DNA from: a virus
Direction: 5' to 3' (one strand)
Length of the DNA stretch: 64,000 bases
IMG/VR virus record: IMGVR_UViG_3300044568_002423
The position numbers and the translations under genes are program-made. The notes under the pieces were generated by a model. It worked only from the letters and a program-made list of their open reading frames with translations. It did no database searches and was not told the origin of the DNA. This document shows, piece after piece, positions 19,585-28,203 of this stretch; within the stretch, counting starts at the first letter, position 1, and the number at the start of each line of letters is the position of its first letter.

Positions 19585-20667
19585 TTAGTTAGTAATTGCA
19601 GCTGATATATACTTTCCGTATTTTTTATGAAATTCTGAAAAACATTTAATTTCATCTACATCTAATGGCAACTTATATGTATTTAAAGCAAGTTTGGTCC
19701 CCATGATGACTAATTCGGTTTCAAAATTTGCCATCATAAATTCAAAGAAATTATCTACCTGCTTATTCCAATCCGCATCCTTACGTGATGCTGCATCTTT
19801 TAGTTCGTAGCATAATCCAACTGTCAATGAATACATTGCTGAAATTTCTTTATAATCAAGAGTTTTAACTTTGCCTTTCAATATATCAGATGGATTAGGT
19901 AGCTTGCCAGCTAATTTTTGATAAGCACCAAATTTAATAGCAGTACCCTCACCAACAGAACCAGCAATTAATGTCATCAATGTATCTTCATCGGTGTCAT
20001 CTTCTGTTAATAATTCACTAACGAAGCTCCATGAACGAGGAGTTGAAAATGCTCGTGAACTAGATTTTGGATCAAAATCATATAAGTTCCCCTTTGACCA
20101 ATTTAAAAATCCAACAATATTTTTATGTATTTTATTTTCAGTAGCCCATTCAAACCAATCATCAAATGAATGTGTCATTTCTAAATGAATGAAACGATTT
20201 GATAAAGGTGCTGGCATTCTATAAGTGACGCCTTTATCTGATTCACGATTACCAGCTGCAACAATAACAACATTGTCAGGTAAGACATATGTTCCAACTT
20301 TGCGATTTAACACTAGTTGATATGCCGCTGATTGTACACTTGGTGCTGCAGAATTCATTTCATCTAAAAATAAAATGACCCGTTCAAATTGTGAAGCAAG
20401 TAGCAAGCTTGGCAATTCTTCTGGTGGTGCCCACTTCATAGTTCCTGTTTTATCATCAAAATATGGAACACCCTTAATATCGGTCGGGTCCCATAAAGAC
20501 AAACGAACGTCAATTACTAATGAATTAGATTCAACTCCAATTTGTTTAATAAGATCCGATTTACCAATTCCTGGAGGTCCCCAAATAAAAATAGGACGTT
20601 TAACTTTTAACGCTTTATTTAATGCTTTTTTGGCTGATTTAGGTCCTACTGAACGATTTTCACTCAT
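19585..20667 (-). CDS. MoxR-family AAA+ ATPase
   Basis: Walker A GPPGIGKS, Walker B LFLDE, 'AAGN', 'PLSNRF', 'TPRSW'; adjacent to the vWA gene. Confidence 0.88.
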   Translation of the reverse strand: MSENRSVGPKSAKKALNKALKVKRPIFIWGPPGIGKSDLIKQIGVESNSLVIDVRLSLWDPTDIKGVPYFDDKTGTMKWAPPEELPSLLLASQFERVILFLDEMNSAAPSVQSAAYQLVLNRKVGTYVLPDNVVIVAAGNRESDKGVTYRMPAPLSNRFIHLEMTHSFDDWFEWATENKIHKNIVGFLNWSKGNLYDFDPKSSSRAFSTPRSWSFVSELLTEDDTDEDTLMTLIAGSVGEGTAIKFGAYQKLAGKLPNPSDILKGKVKTLDYKEISAMYSLTVGLCYELKDAASRKDADWNKQVDNFFEFMMANFETELVIMGTKLALNTYKLPLDVDEIKCFSEFHKKYGKYISAAITN

Positions 20668-20704
20668 TTGTATATCTCATATGGTTGTTAAAAAGTAAGA
20701 TTAA

Positions 20705-20733
20705 ATTATACTTAATGATAATATAATTGTCAA
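20705..20733 (-). promoter_or_regulatory. Sigma70 consensus promoter
   Basis: TTGACA-N17-TATAAT upstream of the MoxR gene. Confidence 0.8.
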
Positions 20734-20784
20734 GTATATTTTAGTTTTTATTTTTTACTGTGTTGTGTTAAGAAGTAAAATTGA

Positions 20785-20813
20785 ATTATACATAAGATTG
20801 ACATGGGTGTCAA
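20785..20813 (-). promoter_or_regulatory. Sigma70 consensus promoter (tandem copy)
   Basis: TTGACA-N17-TATAAT, 80 bp upstream of the previous one. Confidence 0.8.
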
Positions 20814-21212
20814 CTAATAATTATTTTCTATATGCTGACGGTCTTTCAATGACTTTATAATACCATATTTTCTAATATCGTCAGAGAATAAATGTAATTC
20901 AAAACTCTTCAATTCAGAAAAAACAACAATGCGTTGATTGGTTAGGTAAAATGGGCAATTGATATACCGTGCTAAAAATATAAGAGTTTGTGGACTAGCA
21001 TGTATTTCTTCTGTAAAAGGTACATCATATGATTTTAGATCAAGTGTACCAATTAAAAAATCCAATCCTTCTTCGGTCAATCTATAATTTGATTTGTCCG
21101 ATACTCTATTTGATTTCCACCATCTACGTGAATAAAATAATACGTTGGCCTCATCAGTACTTTTTTCCCACTGGGTTAAAAAAATTTTAGTGAGAGCATC
21201 ACGGTTGATCAT
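20814..21212 (-). CDS. Hypothetical protein
   Basis: 132-aa ORF with ATGA overlap; 'YRLTEEG' suggests a winged-helix. Confidence 0.7.
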   Translation of the reverse strand: MINRDALTKIFLTQWEKSTDEANVLFYSRRWWKSNRVSDKSNYRLTEEGLDFLIGTLDLKSYDVPFTEEIHASPQTLIFLARYINCPFYLTNQRIVVFSELKSFELHLFSDDIRKYGIIKSLKDRQHIENNY

Positions 21213-21493
21213 TTTACAACAATTCCATTTGTTAATTTGACTACTTGAAAATCTTTACAATTAAATTGTTCATTTAATTTGTGTGATAAATTATGGGCAT
21301 GCCCTGGATTCGAAAAACTAGTTTTCTTATATTTTGGTCCAGGATAACTAGTAATAGTATTAAAACTCTTTAAATTAAACGCAGCATCTTTATAGAACAC
21401 AGCCCATACTGCTTCTGCTTCTAAAATCTGCTCAGTCTTATATGATATCTTATCAAATTTTTCTATTAATACTGTTGGTTTGGGTCTAGCCAT
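21209..21493 (-). CDS. Hypothetical protein
   Basis: 94 aa, 'PKYKKTSFSNPGHAHNL'; preceded by GATAAATA (21529-21522) and an SD. Confidence 0.75.
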   Translation of the reverse strand: MARPKPTVLIEKFDKISYKTEQILEAEAVWAVFYKDAAFNLKSFNTITSYPGPKYKKTSFSNPGHAHNLSHKLNEQFNCKDFQVVKLTNGIVVK

Positions 21494-21529
21494 TATTATA
21501 CGTTCCTATTAACTACGTATATATTTATC

Positions 21530-21778
21530 TTATTTTTCGATGCCGAATCCACCGCCGTCCATTGTAACAGAGACCACTTCATTGTCAACTGATTTTTTAA
21601 GAGAATTATACATACTTTCATAATCGGTATTTATTTTATCCATTATTTCAGCCAGTGCTAAATTCAACAGTCTCGCTTGTTGAATTTGCATTTTAATTTC
21701 TCTTTGTTGACCTAACTCAGCTGCGCGTAACAGCTGAATAAATTGAGTGATTGGGGTTAAGTTTATTTGAGATTGCAT
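21530..21778 (-). CDS. Small hypothetical protein
   Basis: 82-aa helical ORF ending 'MDGGGF'. Confidence 0.65.
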   Translation of the reverse strand: MQSQINLTPITQFIQLLRAAELGQQREIKMQIQQARLLNLALAEIMDKINTDYESMYNSLKKSVDNEVVSVTMDGGGFGIEK

Positions 21779-22233
21779 TTAACCTTACTCGCTTCGTGTT
21801 TTGACTTAAACGGACCACGGTAATCATATCTCTCCACGGTTATCAGTTTTGGACAATACGCCAATACCCAATTTTTAAATTTAACCGCATACCATCCGGC
21901 ACAATGGAAACTTTTACTATGTGGGCTTTTTGTATATAATGGTAACGTACGTCTTACATCATACATCGCGTTGTATGGTATTGACCTAGTTGGAAATCCA
22001 TGACAATCAGTACTGTCATCAACTGTGCTGTTAAGTTCATTATTGTTAATAAAAAAGTTTTCACCAAAGTAAGTAGTCAATTCCTCTTTTTTACTAAACC
22101 ACCAATCACCATCATGATTGGTTAAAATAAATTTATTATTTTCTTGGTGATGTAACGTAGCAACTTTTTCACCAGCTTTCTCAACAACCCAAAATTTTCC
22201 ATCTATTATTGGCTTTGCGTGTATTTCATCCAT
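21763..22233 (-). CDS. Hypothetical protein
   Basis: Start moved to ATG 22233 after AGGAGA; 'PLYTK..SKS..CAGWY...CPKL...Y.GPF' motif. Confidence 0.7.
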   Translation of the reverse strand: MDEIHAKPIIDGKFWVVEKAGEKVATLHHQENNKFILTNHDGDWWFSKKEELTTYFGENFFINNNELNSTVDDSTDCHGFPTRSIPYNAMYDVRRTLPLYTKSPHSKSFHCAGWYAVKFKNWVLAYCPKLITVERYDYRGPFKSKHEASKVKCNLK

Positions 22234-22252
22234 CCCATTCTCCTGTCTGTTT

Positions 22253-22480
22253 TTAACTGACATCTTTGTATAACAAGGTTGCTGCTTCTTCAATGGTTAA
22301 TGGTATAGCATCTGCGTACCCATGAAAATAGTCATCTTTTGTTTTAAATCTATAATCAGATACCAATCTGTCATTATAACGAGTAATTATATCAATTTTA
22401 TAGTTACGACCACTTTTACTAGTTTTACATTTACACAATATACCGGAAGGTGGTATATTTTTAAACCATTCGTTATTCAT
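22253..22480 (-). CDS. Small hypothetical protein
   Basis: 75-aa ORF with AAGGA SD. Confidence 0.55.
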   Translation of the reverse strand: MNNEWFKNIPPSGILCKCKTSKSGRNYKIDIITRYNDRLVSDYRFKTKDDYFHGYADAIPLTIEEAATLLYKDVS

Positions 22481-22492
22481 AATAATCCTTTA

Positions 22493-22966
22493 TTATTTTT
22501 TGGTAAGTACATTAATTGCTGAAATAAAAACTGCAAATCCGGAAACTCCATCGACCGTATTTTCTACAATTTTGTATGCTGTTTCAATCGCAACTTTATG
22601 TTGTGATTGATATAAACTAATTGCGATATTGTTTTTCTTATCATATAAGACATTGATAAAATCTTTAAAAACTTCTTCGTCTGGATATCCAGTTAGCTCT
22701 TCAAAACCAATACGTTTTAGTTTTAGTATAAGTTCTTTGTTAGCTTCAACGAAGATATTTTGCTGAAATACTACACAATCAAGTTCTAATGCTGTGGCAA
22801 ATATTCTGCCATGGTCGGTATTTCTAAAAGCCCACGCTCGTCCCAATTTGTGTTTGGCTACCCGTTGTTTAATTTTAAATCTATCGATCAATGGAGCAAA
22901 TGGTTGATATGTTGCTACTGAACGGTTAGTTTTATTTTTTGGTGGTTGTTCAATTATATTTGACAT
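22493..22966 (-). CDS. Hypothetical protein
   Basis: 157-aa ORF in the early operon. Confidence 0.65.
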   Translation of the reverse strand: MSNIIEQPPKNKTNRSVATYQPFAPLIDRFKIKQRVAKHKLGRAWAFRNTDHGRIFATALELDCVVFQQNIFVEANKELILKLKRIGFEELTGYPDEEVFKDFINVLYDKKNNIAISLYQSQHKVAIETAYKIVENTVDGVSGFAVFISAINVLTKK

Positions 22967-22995
22967 ATATTATCTCAGTATAGTTAAAATAAAAA

Positions 22996-23652
22996 TTAAT
23001 GTTTGTCTACTAGTGTCAGGCTAAAATCTATACTTTTACCAGTGGTACTTCCTCCAATATTGTCGATATCCTCACCATCATACCTTACAGTTGAGCATAA
23101 AAGTGATCCTTCAATGTCATCGTATACGAATGATAATTTAGTTGGATCGAACACGGATGTTAATTCTATATCACCTTCAAATAGGGTGCCTTTTTCTCCG
23201 GCCTGTCCATAAAATACAACCGTGCCATCTGGTTGATCGTTGATATAATACTCTTTACTTTCTTCTACTAAAATATCACTCTCTTCTAATACGATAGGAT
23301 CTAAATTATGTGACCATACTTCATTCTCCTCATTATCAAATACAGTAATGTTATTATAGTCAGACATTTCAATGCCACATTCATGAACGATATCACAACA
23401 TTCATACCATTCGCCTGGGGGAAATGGCATCATATCTTCGGGAACCTCAAATGTATTTTCATCATCGGTTGCATACTCCTCCAAATCGATATCATTTTCT
23501 TCAAAGTAATCATATATTTCTCGACTAACTGTCCCCAATACTGATTCACTACCATAACCCCATAATTCAATACGATAGGTGCATGGTGTAAATTTAAGTA
23601 TTTCAAGAAGTTCCCGTTGTTCTTCGATGGATGGTTCTGTATCAATTGTCAT
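22996..23652 (-). CDS. Highly acidic early protein
   Basis: About 55 D/E versus about 10 K/R in 218 aa (hand count); GGAG SD; first gene after a perfect sigma70 promoter. Confidence 0.75.
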   Translation of the reverse strand: MTIDTEPSIEEQRELLEILKFTPCTYRIELWGYGSESVLGTVSREIYDYFEENDIDLEEYATDDENTFEVPEDMMPFPPGEWYECCDIVHECGIEMSDYNNITVFDNEENEVWSHNLDPIVLEESDILVEESKEYYINDQPDGTVVFYGQAGEKGTLFEGDIELTSVFDPTKLSFVYDDIEGSLLCSTVRYDGEDIDNIGGSTTGKSIDFSLTLVDKH

Positions 23653-23689
23653 ATCTGGTCTCCCAATGTGATTGTAAATTAGTAGAGGT

Positions 23690-23718
23690 ATTATACAATA
23701 CTAATTTACACTTGTCAA
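23690..23718 (-). promoter_or_regulatory. Sigma70 consensus promoter within an inverted repeat
   Basis: TTGACA-N17-TATAAT; the -10 lies between 12-bp inverted arms at 23673-23684 and 23699-23710. Confidence 0.8.
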
Positions 23719-23726
23719 GTAAAATG

Positions 23727-23915
23727 TTATGTTTTTGGTAAGTTGTTTGCTGCTGTAATTAGTTCGAAAACTTCATCCAGTGATGTTGCTAGTATTTTTG
23801 AAGTAATCCAGTCATCTTCACTATCGCGACCACTGATCTCAACCATAAAACCATTATCGTAACGATATACGGTTAATGATTCTTCTACTTTCGTTAATTT
23901 GTTACTTAGTTTCAT
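23727..23915 (-). CDS. Small hypothetical protein
   Basis: Start moved to ATG 23915 after AAGGA; 'YDNGFMVEISGR' motif. Confidence 0.7.
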   Translation of the reverse strand: MKLSNKLTKVEESLTVYRYDNGFMVEISGRDSEDDWITSKILATSLDEVFELITAANNLPKT

Positions 23916-23934
23916 TATTTTTCCTTTTATTATG

Positions 23935-24915
23935 TTATTTGTATCTTGCTTGGAATGGTTCGGCATATAATTGAATATTATCTACCATCTTTTTCATGTC
24001 AAATGATTGACAAAATTTCATCATACGAATACCTACTTGCGATATTTCTTTTGGTTTGCAATTAAGCTTAACCGTGTCATCTATAATTATTCTAACATCA
24101 GCTGGCTGTGCTGTCAAATCAATTAATTTCCTATTACGTTCATAATCATCCAATACTCGATGGTCCTTACCATTATGATCAGTCCATCGTTGAAGCATTA
24201 GATTATTGTATGAAAATCCCTTATCGTTTCGATCACTAAATGCTTCTTGTAATCCAACTTTATTTTTACTACCTTTTGTTCTAACGCCTGGATATGCAGA
24301 AAATACGTTATCGGATGTATCACCACGCATACATTTTTCAAATAACATCCATGATGGATTAATTGGTGCTTTAATCTCTCCTGTTTTTTTATCCTTAACT
24401 GGCTTTCCCTTAGCATCAAAATAGCCTTCATGTGTTATATGTTGATCAGACACTCCATTATATTGACTAACATTTTCGTTAATCAATTGATAGAAATCAC
24501 TATCGGTACTGATAATAATATGTTTTGAAGTTGGGTGTGCTTGAATAAACCCGGCAATCAAATCATCAGCTTCTAATCGTTCATGTTGTAAAATAGTACA
24601 ATTAGTTTTTTCATTTAGAAATGTCTTGAACTCATCAAAGGCTTCCCAGAATACTTTTTCTTCATCCTGTTCTTTGACAGTCATCGCCGATCTTGTTTCT
24701 GTTCTATTTCTCTTATATGGTTCGTAGAAATCTTTCCTCCATGAACGTCCTTCGAGGCATATAACTACGTGTTTCCCATCAAAATCCTGCCATGCTTTTT
24801 TAATACAGTTAAAAGTTATGTGAAACGCCATGCCTAGTTTTATGTCGGCATTGCCTTGTATGGCATGTCTCGCACGATAAAACGTATTAGCTAGATCAAC
24901 GATAATGTATGTCAT
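23935..24915 (-). CDS. rnh: 5'-3' exonuclease / T4 RNase H-like flap nuclease
   Basis: PIN/FEN motifs 'IIVD', 'WRK..Y..YK.NR', 'EADD', 'STDSDFYQL', 'GDTSDNV...PGV'. Confidence 0.9.
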   Translation of the reverse strand: MTYIIVDLANTFYRARHAIQGNADIKLGMAFHITFNCIKKAWQDFDGKHVVICLEGRSWRKDFYEPYKRNRTETRSAMTVKEQDEEKVFWEAFDEFKTFLNEKTNCTILQHERLEADDLIAGFIQAHPTSKHIIISTDSDFYQLINENVSQYNGVSDQHITHEGYFDAKGKPVKDKKTGEIKAPINPSWMLFEKCMRGDTSDNVFSAYPGVRTKGSKNKVGLQEAFSDRNDKGFSYNNLMLQRWTDHNGKDHRVLDDYERNRKLIDLTAQPADVRIIIDDTVKLNCKPKEISQVGIRMMKFCQSFDMKKMVDNIQLYAEPFQARYK

Positions 24916-25502
24916 TATATTATTCTCAATTCAGTACTGTTAAATGAAATATCTTTTTTCCAAACACAATGCATGTATTCAATTGAATCAGTGCCACCAG
25001 TATTTAAAAAACGCATTCTTTCAGAATGAACATAACAACACATCGGTAAGTTATGTGTCCAGAATGGTTTTCTACCTTTTGACCCAAAGAAGTTTAATCT
25101 TAATAACATCACAACGTAACCACCAGTTGCCACGTCAGTCAATGCCTTATTGATAATCTCCAACGCAAGATTAAATGGTGGATTGGTAATGATACAATCA
25201 GGCGGAGTTGGCATTATTGTTGGCAACGCTGTAATTAGATAATCATTTCCAGAATGATTTGCTAATGAATCTGTTCTTAAATCAAGAGTTTCAATAGTGG
25301 TATACCCATTATTCATCAATGCAGTTGGATAACTCATTGGGTTTATGCTGTCTCCTCCCGCACATGGATCTAGTAATATATTCCCAAGTGACCCATAATC
25401 TTTATGAAAATTAATAATAAAATCATTAATATTCCTTACAGGCGTGACGTAGTAGTCAGCGACATGTGAATCACGTGCTGCTGAACGATTGGTTGAACTC
25501 AT
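24915..25502 (-). CDS. Orphan DNA amino-methyltransferase (N6-adenine type)
   Basis: 'DYY.TP', SAM-binding 'LDPCAG', catalytic 'ITNPPF'. Confidence 0.8.
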   Translation of the reverse strand: MSSTNRSAARDSHVADYYVTPVRNINDFIINFHKDYGSLGNILLDPCAGGDSINPMSYPTALMNNGYTTIETLDLRTDSLANHSGNDYLITALPTIMPTPPDCIITNPPFNLALEIINKALTDVATGGYVVMLLRLNFFGSKGRKPFWTHNLPMCCYVHSERMRFLNTGGTDSIEYMHCVWKKDISFNSTELRII

Positions 25503-26003
25503 TTATTTTACCTCGGCTTTTCCACCGGCTAACTTGGTTACATTAATATATCCAGATGAACGTTCATCAATATCTTCCACCCCGACTTCTGTCGCGGCAT
25601 TAATACAAATATCTCTAAACCATCTGGACACGATTTCTTCATCGGGGTCACCATCATATCCATACCCTTCAGCTTTCAATTGTACTATAAAGTGGTCATT
25701 CCAGTCAAGCTCATAAAATCCATTTCTAATATTTTCTTGATTTACCTTGAAACCAACTACATCCACCCATGCTTCTTTCTTCTTATTAGCAATTTCCTTT
25801 GATGTAAGCTTTGTTACTTCCTCGGCTTCTTTTTTAATTCTACGTGCTTCTGCTTCTTCTTTCTTAAGGCGCTTTTTCTCGGCAGCTTTTTCTTTACGGA
25901 GCCTATCGGCTTCCTCCTTCAGTAGTCGTGCTTCTTCTTCCTGTGCCAACAATGCTTCCTTGGCGGTAATTCCAGTTATATCTTTAAAAAATTTCTTAAT
26001 CAT
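25503..26003 (-). CDS. Hypothetical protein
   Basis: E/K coiled coil followed by 'NGFYELDWNDHF...GY.G..DEEIV..WF' domain. Confidence 0.75.
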   Translation of the reverse strand: MIKKFFKDITGITAKEALLAQEEEARLLKEEADRLRKEKAAEKKRLKKEEAEARRIKKEAEEVTKLTSKEIANKKKEAWVDVVGFKVNQENIRNGFYELDWNDHFIVQLKAEGYGYDGDPDEEIVSRWFRDICINAATEVGVEDIDERSSGYINVTKLAGGKAEVK

Positions 26004-26451
26004 TCTTTTTCCTCTTTAACTCTCGATCTTTTTGAAATTGATGCATATCCTTAATAGCAGTTTTTATCGTCTCGGCATAATTTAACGCTTGTTGTTCAGT
26101 CATAATTGTTGTTTGATGATATTTTAAATAACCAACTGTCCATAATTTATACGTCAATGAAATTCTAGTGTGTATCCCATTAATAAGTTTTCTGATAGAT
26201 GAATCAATACTATATAAAAAAGAATTACGTATATATGGTTGATAATTTTCATTTACCAATAACGACCAGTAATCACTCTTTTGAATAGTCCACGTATTCA
26301 TACCAATAGTCTGTTCATCGACTTCTATTTCAAAATCTATTTCATCATCAGGGTTACCACAAGAGCATACAACGGTATAAAATTTACTGTCGCCGTAATC
26401 GCCTTTTTTTAAAATACCATCTGCTGGCGCTTGTGCTTTTATTTTAGTCAT
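25996..26451 (-). CDS. Hypothetical protein
   Basis: CxC motif ('VVCSCG'); start moved to 26451. Confidence 0.65.
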   Translation of the reverse strand: MTKIKAQAPADGILKKGDYGDSKFYTVVCSCGNPDDEIDFEIEVDEQTIGMNTWTIQKSDYWSLLVNENYQPYIRNSFLYSIDSSIRKLINGIHTRISLTYKLWTVGYLKYHQTTIMTEQQALNYAETIKTAIKDMHQFQKDRELKRKKND

Positions 26452-26611
26452 TGTTAGTTTTCTCAAGCATTAACAGTTCATATTTGAGATACTTTAGGTA
26501 TTCACCAAGCATTTCAACACGACGAGCATCACCATTATCTATTCTCATGTTTGTCATGTCAGTTTCAACCATTGCTATTTTGTCTTTTAATTCTGCTATT
26601 GTTAAACTCAT
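26444..26611 (-). CDS. Small hypothetical protein
   Basis: Helical hairpin-like; ATGA overlap with the upstream ORF. Confidence 0.55.
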   Translation of the reverse strand: MSLTIAELKDKIAMVETDMTNMRIDNGDARRVEMLGEYLKYLKYELLMLEKTNND

Positions 26612-26808
26612 AACTTTTCTTCCAAGTAACATATATCTAAAATTTTATCAAATCCATCTGTATCAAATGTCATAGATGAACTGTTGTCCATCAAGGTATT
26701 GCCATTAATCATTTTTTTAATATTGGTAACTATAAGTTCAAGTTCCTGATAGGACCCATTAAATTCATTAATAAATTCTGGTGAGAATGCAATATTGACA
26801 TTTTTCAT
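26608..26808 (-). CDS. Small hypothetical protein
   Basis: 66 aa with ATGA overlaps on both sides. Confidence 0.55.
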   Translation of the reverse strand: MKNVNIAFSPEFINEFNGSYQELELIVTNIKKMINGNTLMDNSSSMTFDTDGFDKILDICYLEEKL

Positions 26809-27137
26809 TTAGACTCCTTGATAGCATACCAAGTTTTAAGACAGGCCAATCTTTCCATATATTCCTCGTTTAATTGTTTAAGTTTTTTGTCTAGTTTTTC
26901 CATTTTAACATCTCTAATTGGAATATTCAATAATATTTCTATTTTTTCAAGTCTTTCATTTAATGATTGGCCTTTCAATATAATTTCGTCGACATGGACC
27001 TTGGGAGTAGCAGTAGATACAGAAGCCCAACTAGTAGCATTGGCTCCATTGGTTCCATTGGTTCCATAAATTTGTGTGCTGTTTGATCCAATAGGACCAA
27101 CAGTTATAGTACCATTATTAGTTACAGTTGACATCAT
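26805..27137 (-). CDS. Hypothetical protein
   Basis: T/N/G-rich N-terminus, coiled-coil C-terminus; AAGGA SD. Confidence 0.65.
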   Translation of the reverse strand: MMSTVTNNGTITVGPIGSNSTQIYGTNGTNGANATSWASVSTATPKVHVDEIILKGQSLNERLEKIEILLNIPIRDVKMEKLDKKLKQLNEEYMERLACLKTWYAIKESK

Positions 27138-27153
27138 TCAAATCCTTAAAATA

Positions 27154-27184
27154 AAGTTGAGTAGAAGAGGTTTCTACTCAACTT
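27154..27184 (-). terminator. Hairpin / probable terminator
   Basis: 13-bp stem AAGTTGAGTAGAA / TTCTACTCAACTT, then TATTTT on the minus strand. Confidence 0.7.
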
Positions 27185-27191
27185 GTCATTG

Positions 27192-27473
27192 TTACTTTTT
27201 AACGTAAGCAGGTTTGTTGTTATTCCAAGGTTTATTTCCCTGGTAGGGTTTTTTCTCACCATACGGGGGTTTATTTCCCTGATAGGGTTTACGTGGCCGT
27301 TTACTAGCTAAAAATGCACCGTATGATTGTGAGTCTTTACGGTATAATTCAGCTGGGTCAAATTTTCGCAATTCCAATCTGCAAAAATCATGAAATTCTT
27401 CTAAATCGGCAAATATTCTTACGATATCTGGACGACTTTCAAAGTATGAAAATGTTCGGTAGTTCTTAGCCAT
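27192..27473 (-). CDS. Small protein with basic repetitive tail
   Basis: 'IF.DLE.F.DFCR...FDPA.LY' core plus duplicated 'KPYQGNKP'. Confidence 0.75.
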   Translation of the reverse strand: MAKNYRTFSYFESRPDIVRIFADLEEFHDFCRLELRKFDPAELYRKDSQSYGAFLASKRPRKPYQGNKPPYGEKKPYQGNKPWNNNKPAYVKK

Positions 27474-27500
27474 AATAGCTTCCTTTCTCTTGTGGTTGTT

Positions 27501-27526
27501 AAAAACTACTACATCATTGTAGTAGT
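27501..27526 (-). terminator. Hairpin / probable terminator
   Basis: ACTACTACA-TCAT-TGTAGTAGT followed by a T run on the minus strand. Confidence 0.55.
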
Positions 27527-27533
27527 GGTAAAA

Positions 27534-27842
27534 TTATTTTATTTTTGGCCCATAATACGAAGGCGTAGTATTAGATGTATACATAGTTTCATTATATGCT
27601 GGGTGTTGATACAAGGTAGATATGTGAATTTCATCAACTTTCTTCTTCATTGTTTCAACCTCATCTAATAGATTACCAAGTGGTCCTTTATTACGGGTGT
27701 CAGTTTCCTCAGCATGGACCAATGCTGCTATCACTAATAAATTATGAAGACACTTTTTAACAGCAGGATTATTTGAAGTCAATGCTGTGTCAAATAATTC
27801 CGCAAATGTTTTCAAATCTACATCATCTGTTAGTTGTGTCAT
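27534..27842 (-). CDS. Hypothetical protein
   Basis: 102 aa, 'F.ELFDTALTS.NPAVKK.L..LL..AALV'. Confidence 0.7.
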   Translation of the reverse strand: MTQLTDDVDLKTFAELFDTALTSNNPAVKKCLHNLLVIAALVHAEETDTRNKGPLGNLLDEVETMKKKVDEIHISTLYQHPAYNETMYTSNTTPSYYGPKIK

Positions 27843-27852
27843 ATTTATATCT

Positions 27853-28203
27853 TTATAATATGTGTTGAGATATAACCATACAGCTTATCCAAACCCATAC
27901 TAAATTAAATGCCACTAGAGTGGGTAATAATTTTTTATTACTAGCCCATATCAATGACAAACTGGTCAAAAGAGTGAAGCAATATAACCACCATATCTGT
28001 ATTCCAAATATCAATCCTGGAATAATAATTATAGCTTTAGCTGCCCAACTTAAAAATTCAACAGTGTTATAATCAGTCCAATATGATCTGTTAAACCACA
28101 TTTTAAAACATTCACCTATTCTTTTCCAATTCGAATGTGTAAAAACTATTATAACTAATACGATCCAAGTGCCAGTAGCTAAAATTACTTGTTCGATATT
28201 CAT
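27853..28203 (-). CDS. Small integral membrane protein
   Basis: Three to four hydrophobic segments, Trp-rich; TAATG-coupled to the clamp gene. Confidence 0.7.
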   Translation of the reverse strand: MNIEQVILATGTWIVLVIIVFTHSNWKRIGECFKMWFNRSYWTDYNTVEFLSWAAKAIIIIPGLIFGIQIWWLYCFTLLTSLSLIWASNKKLLPTLVAFNLVWVWISCMVISQHIL

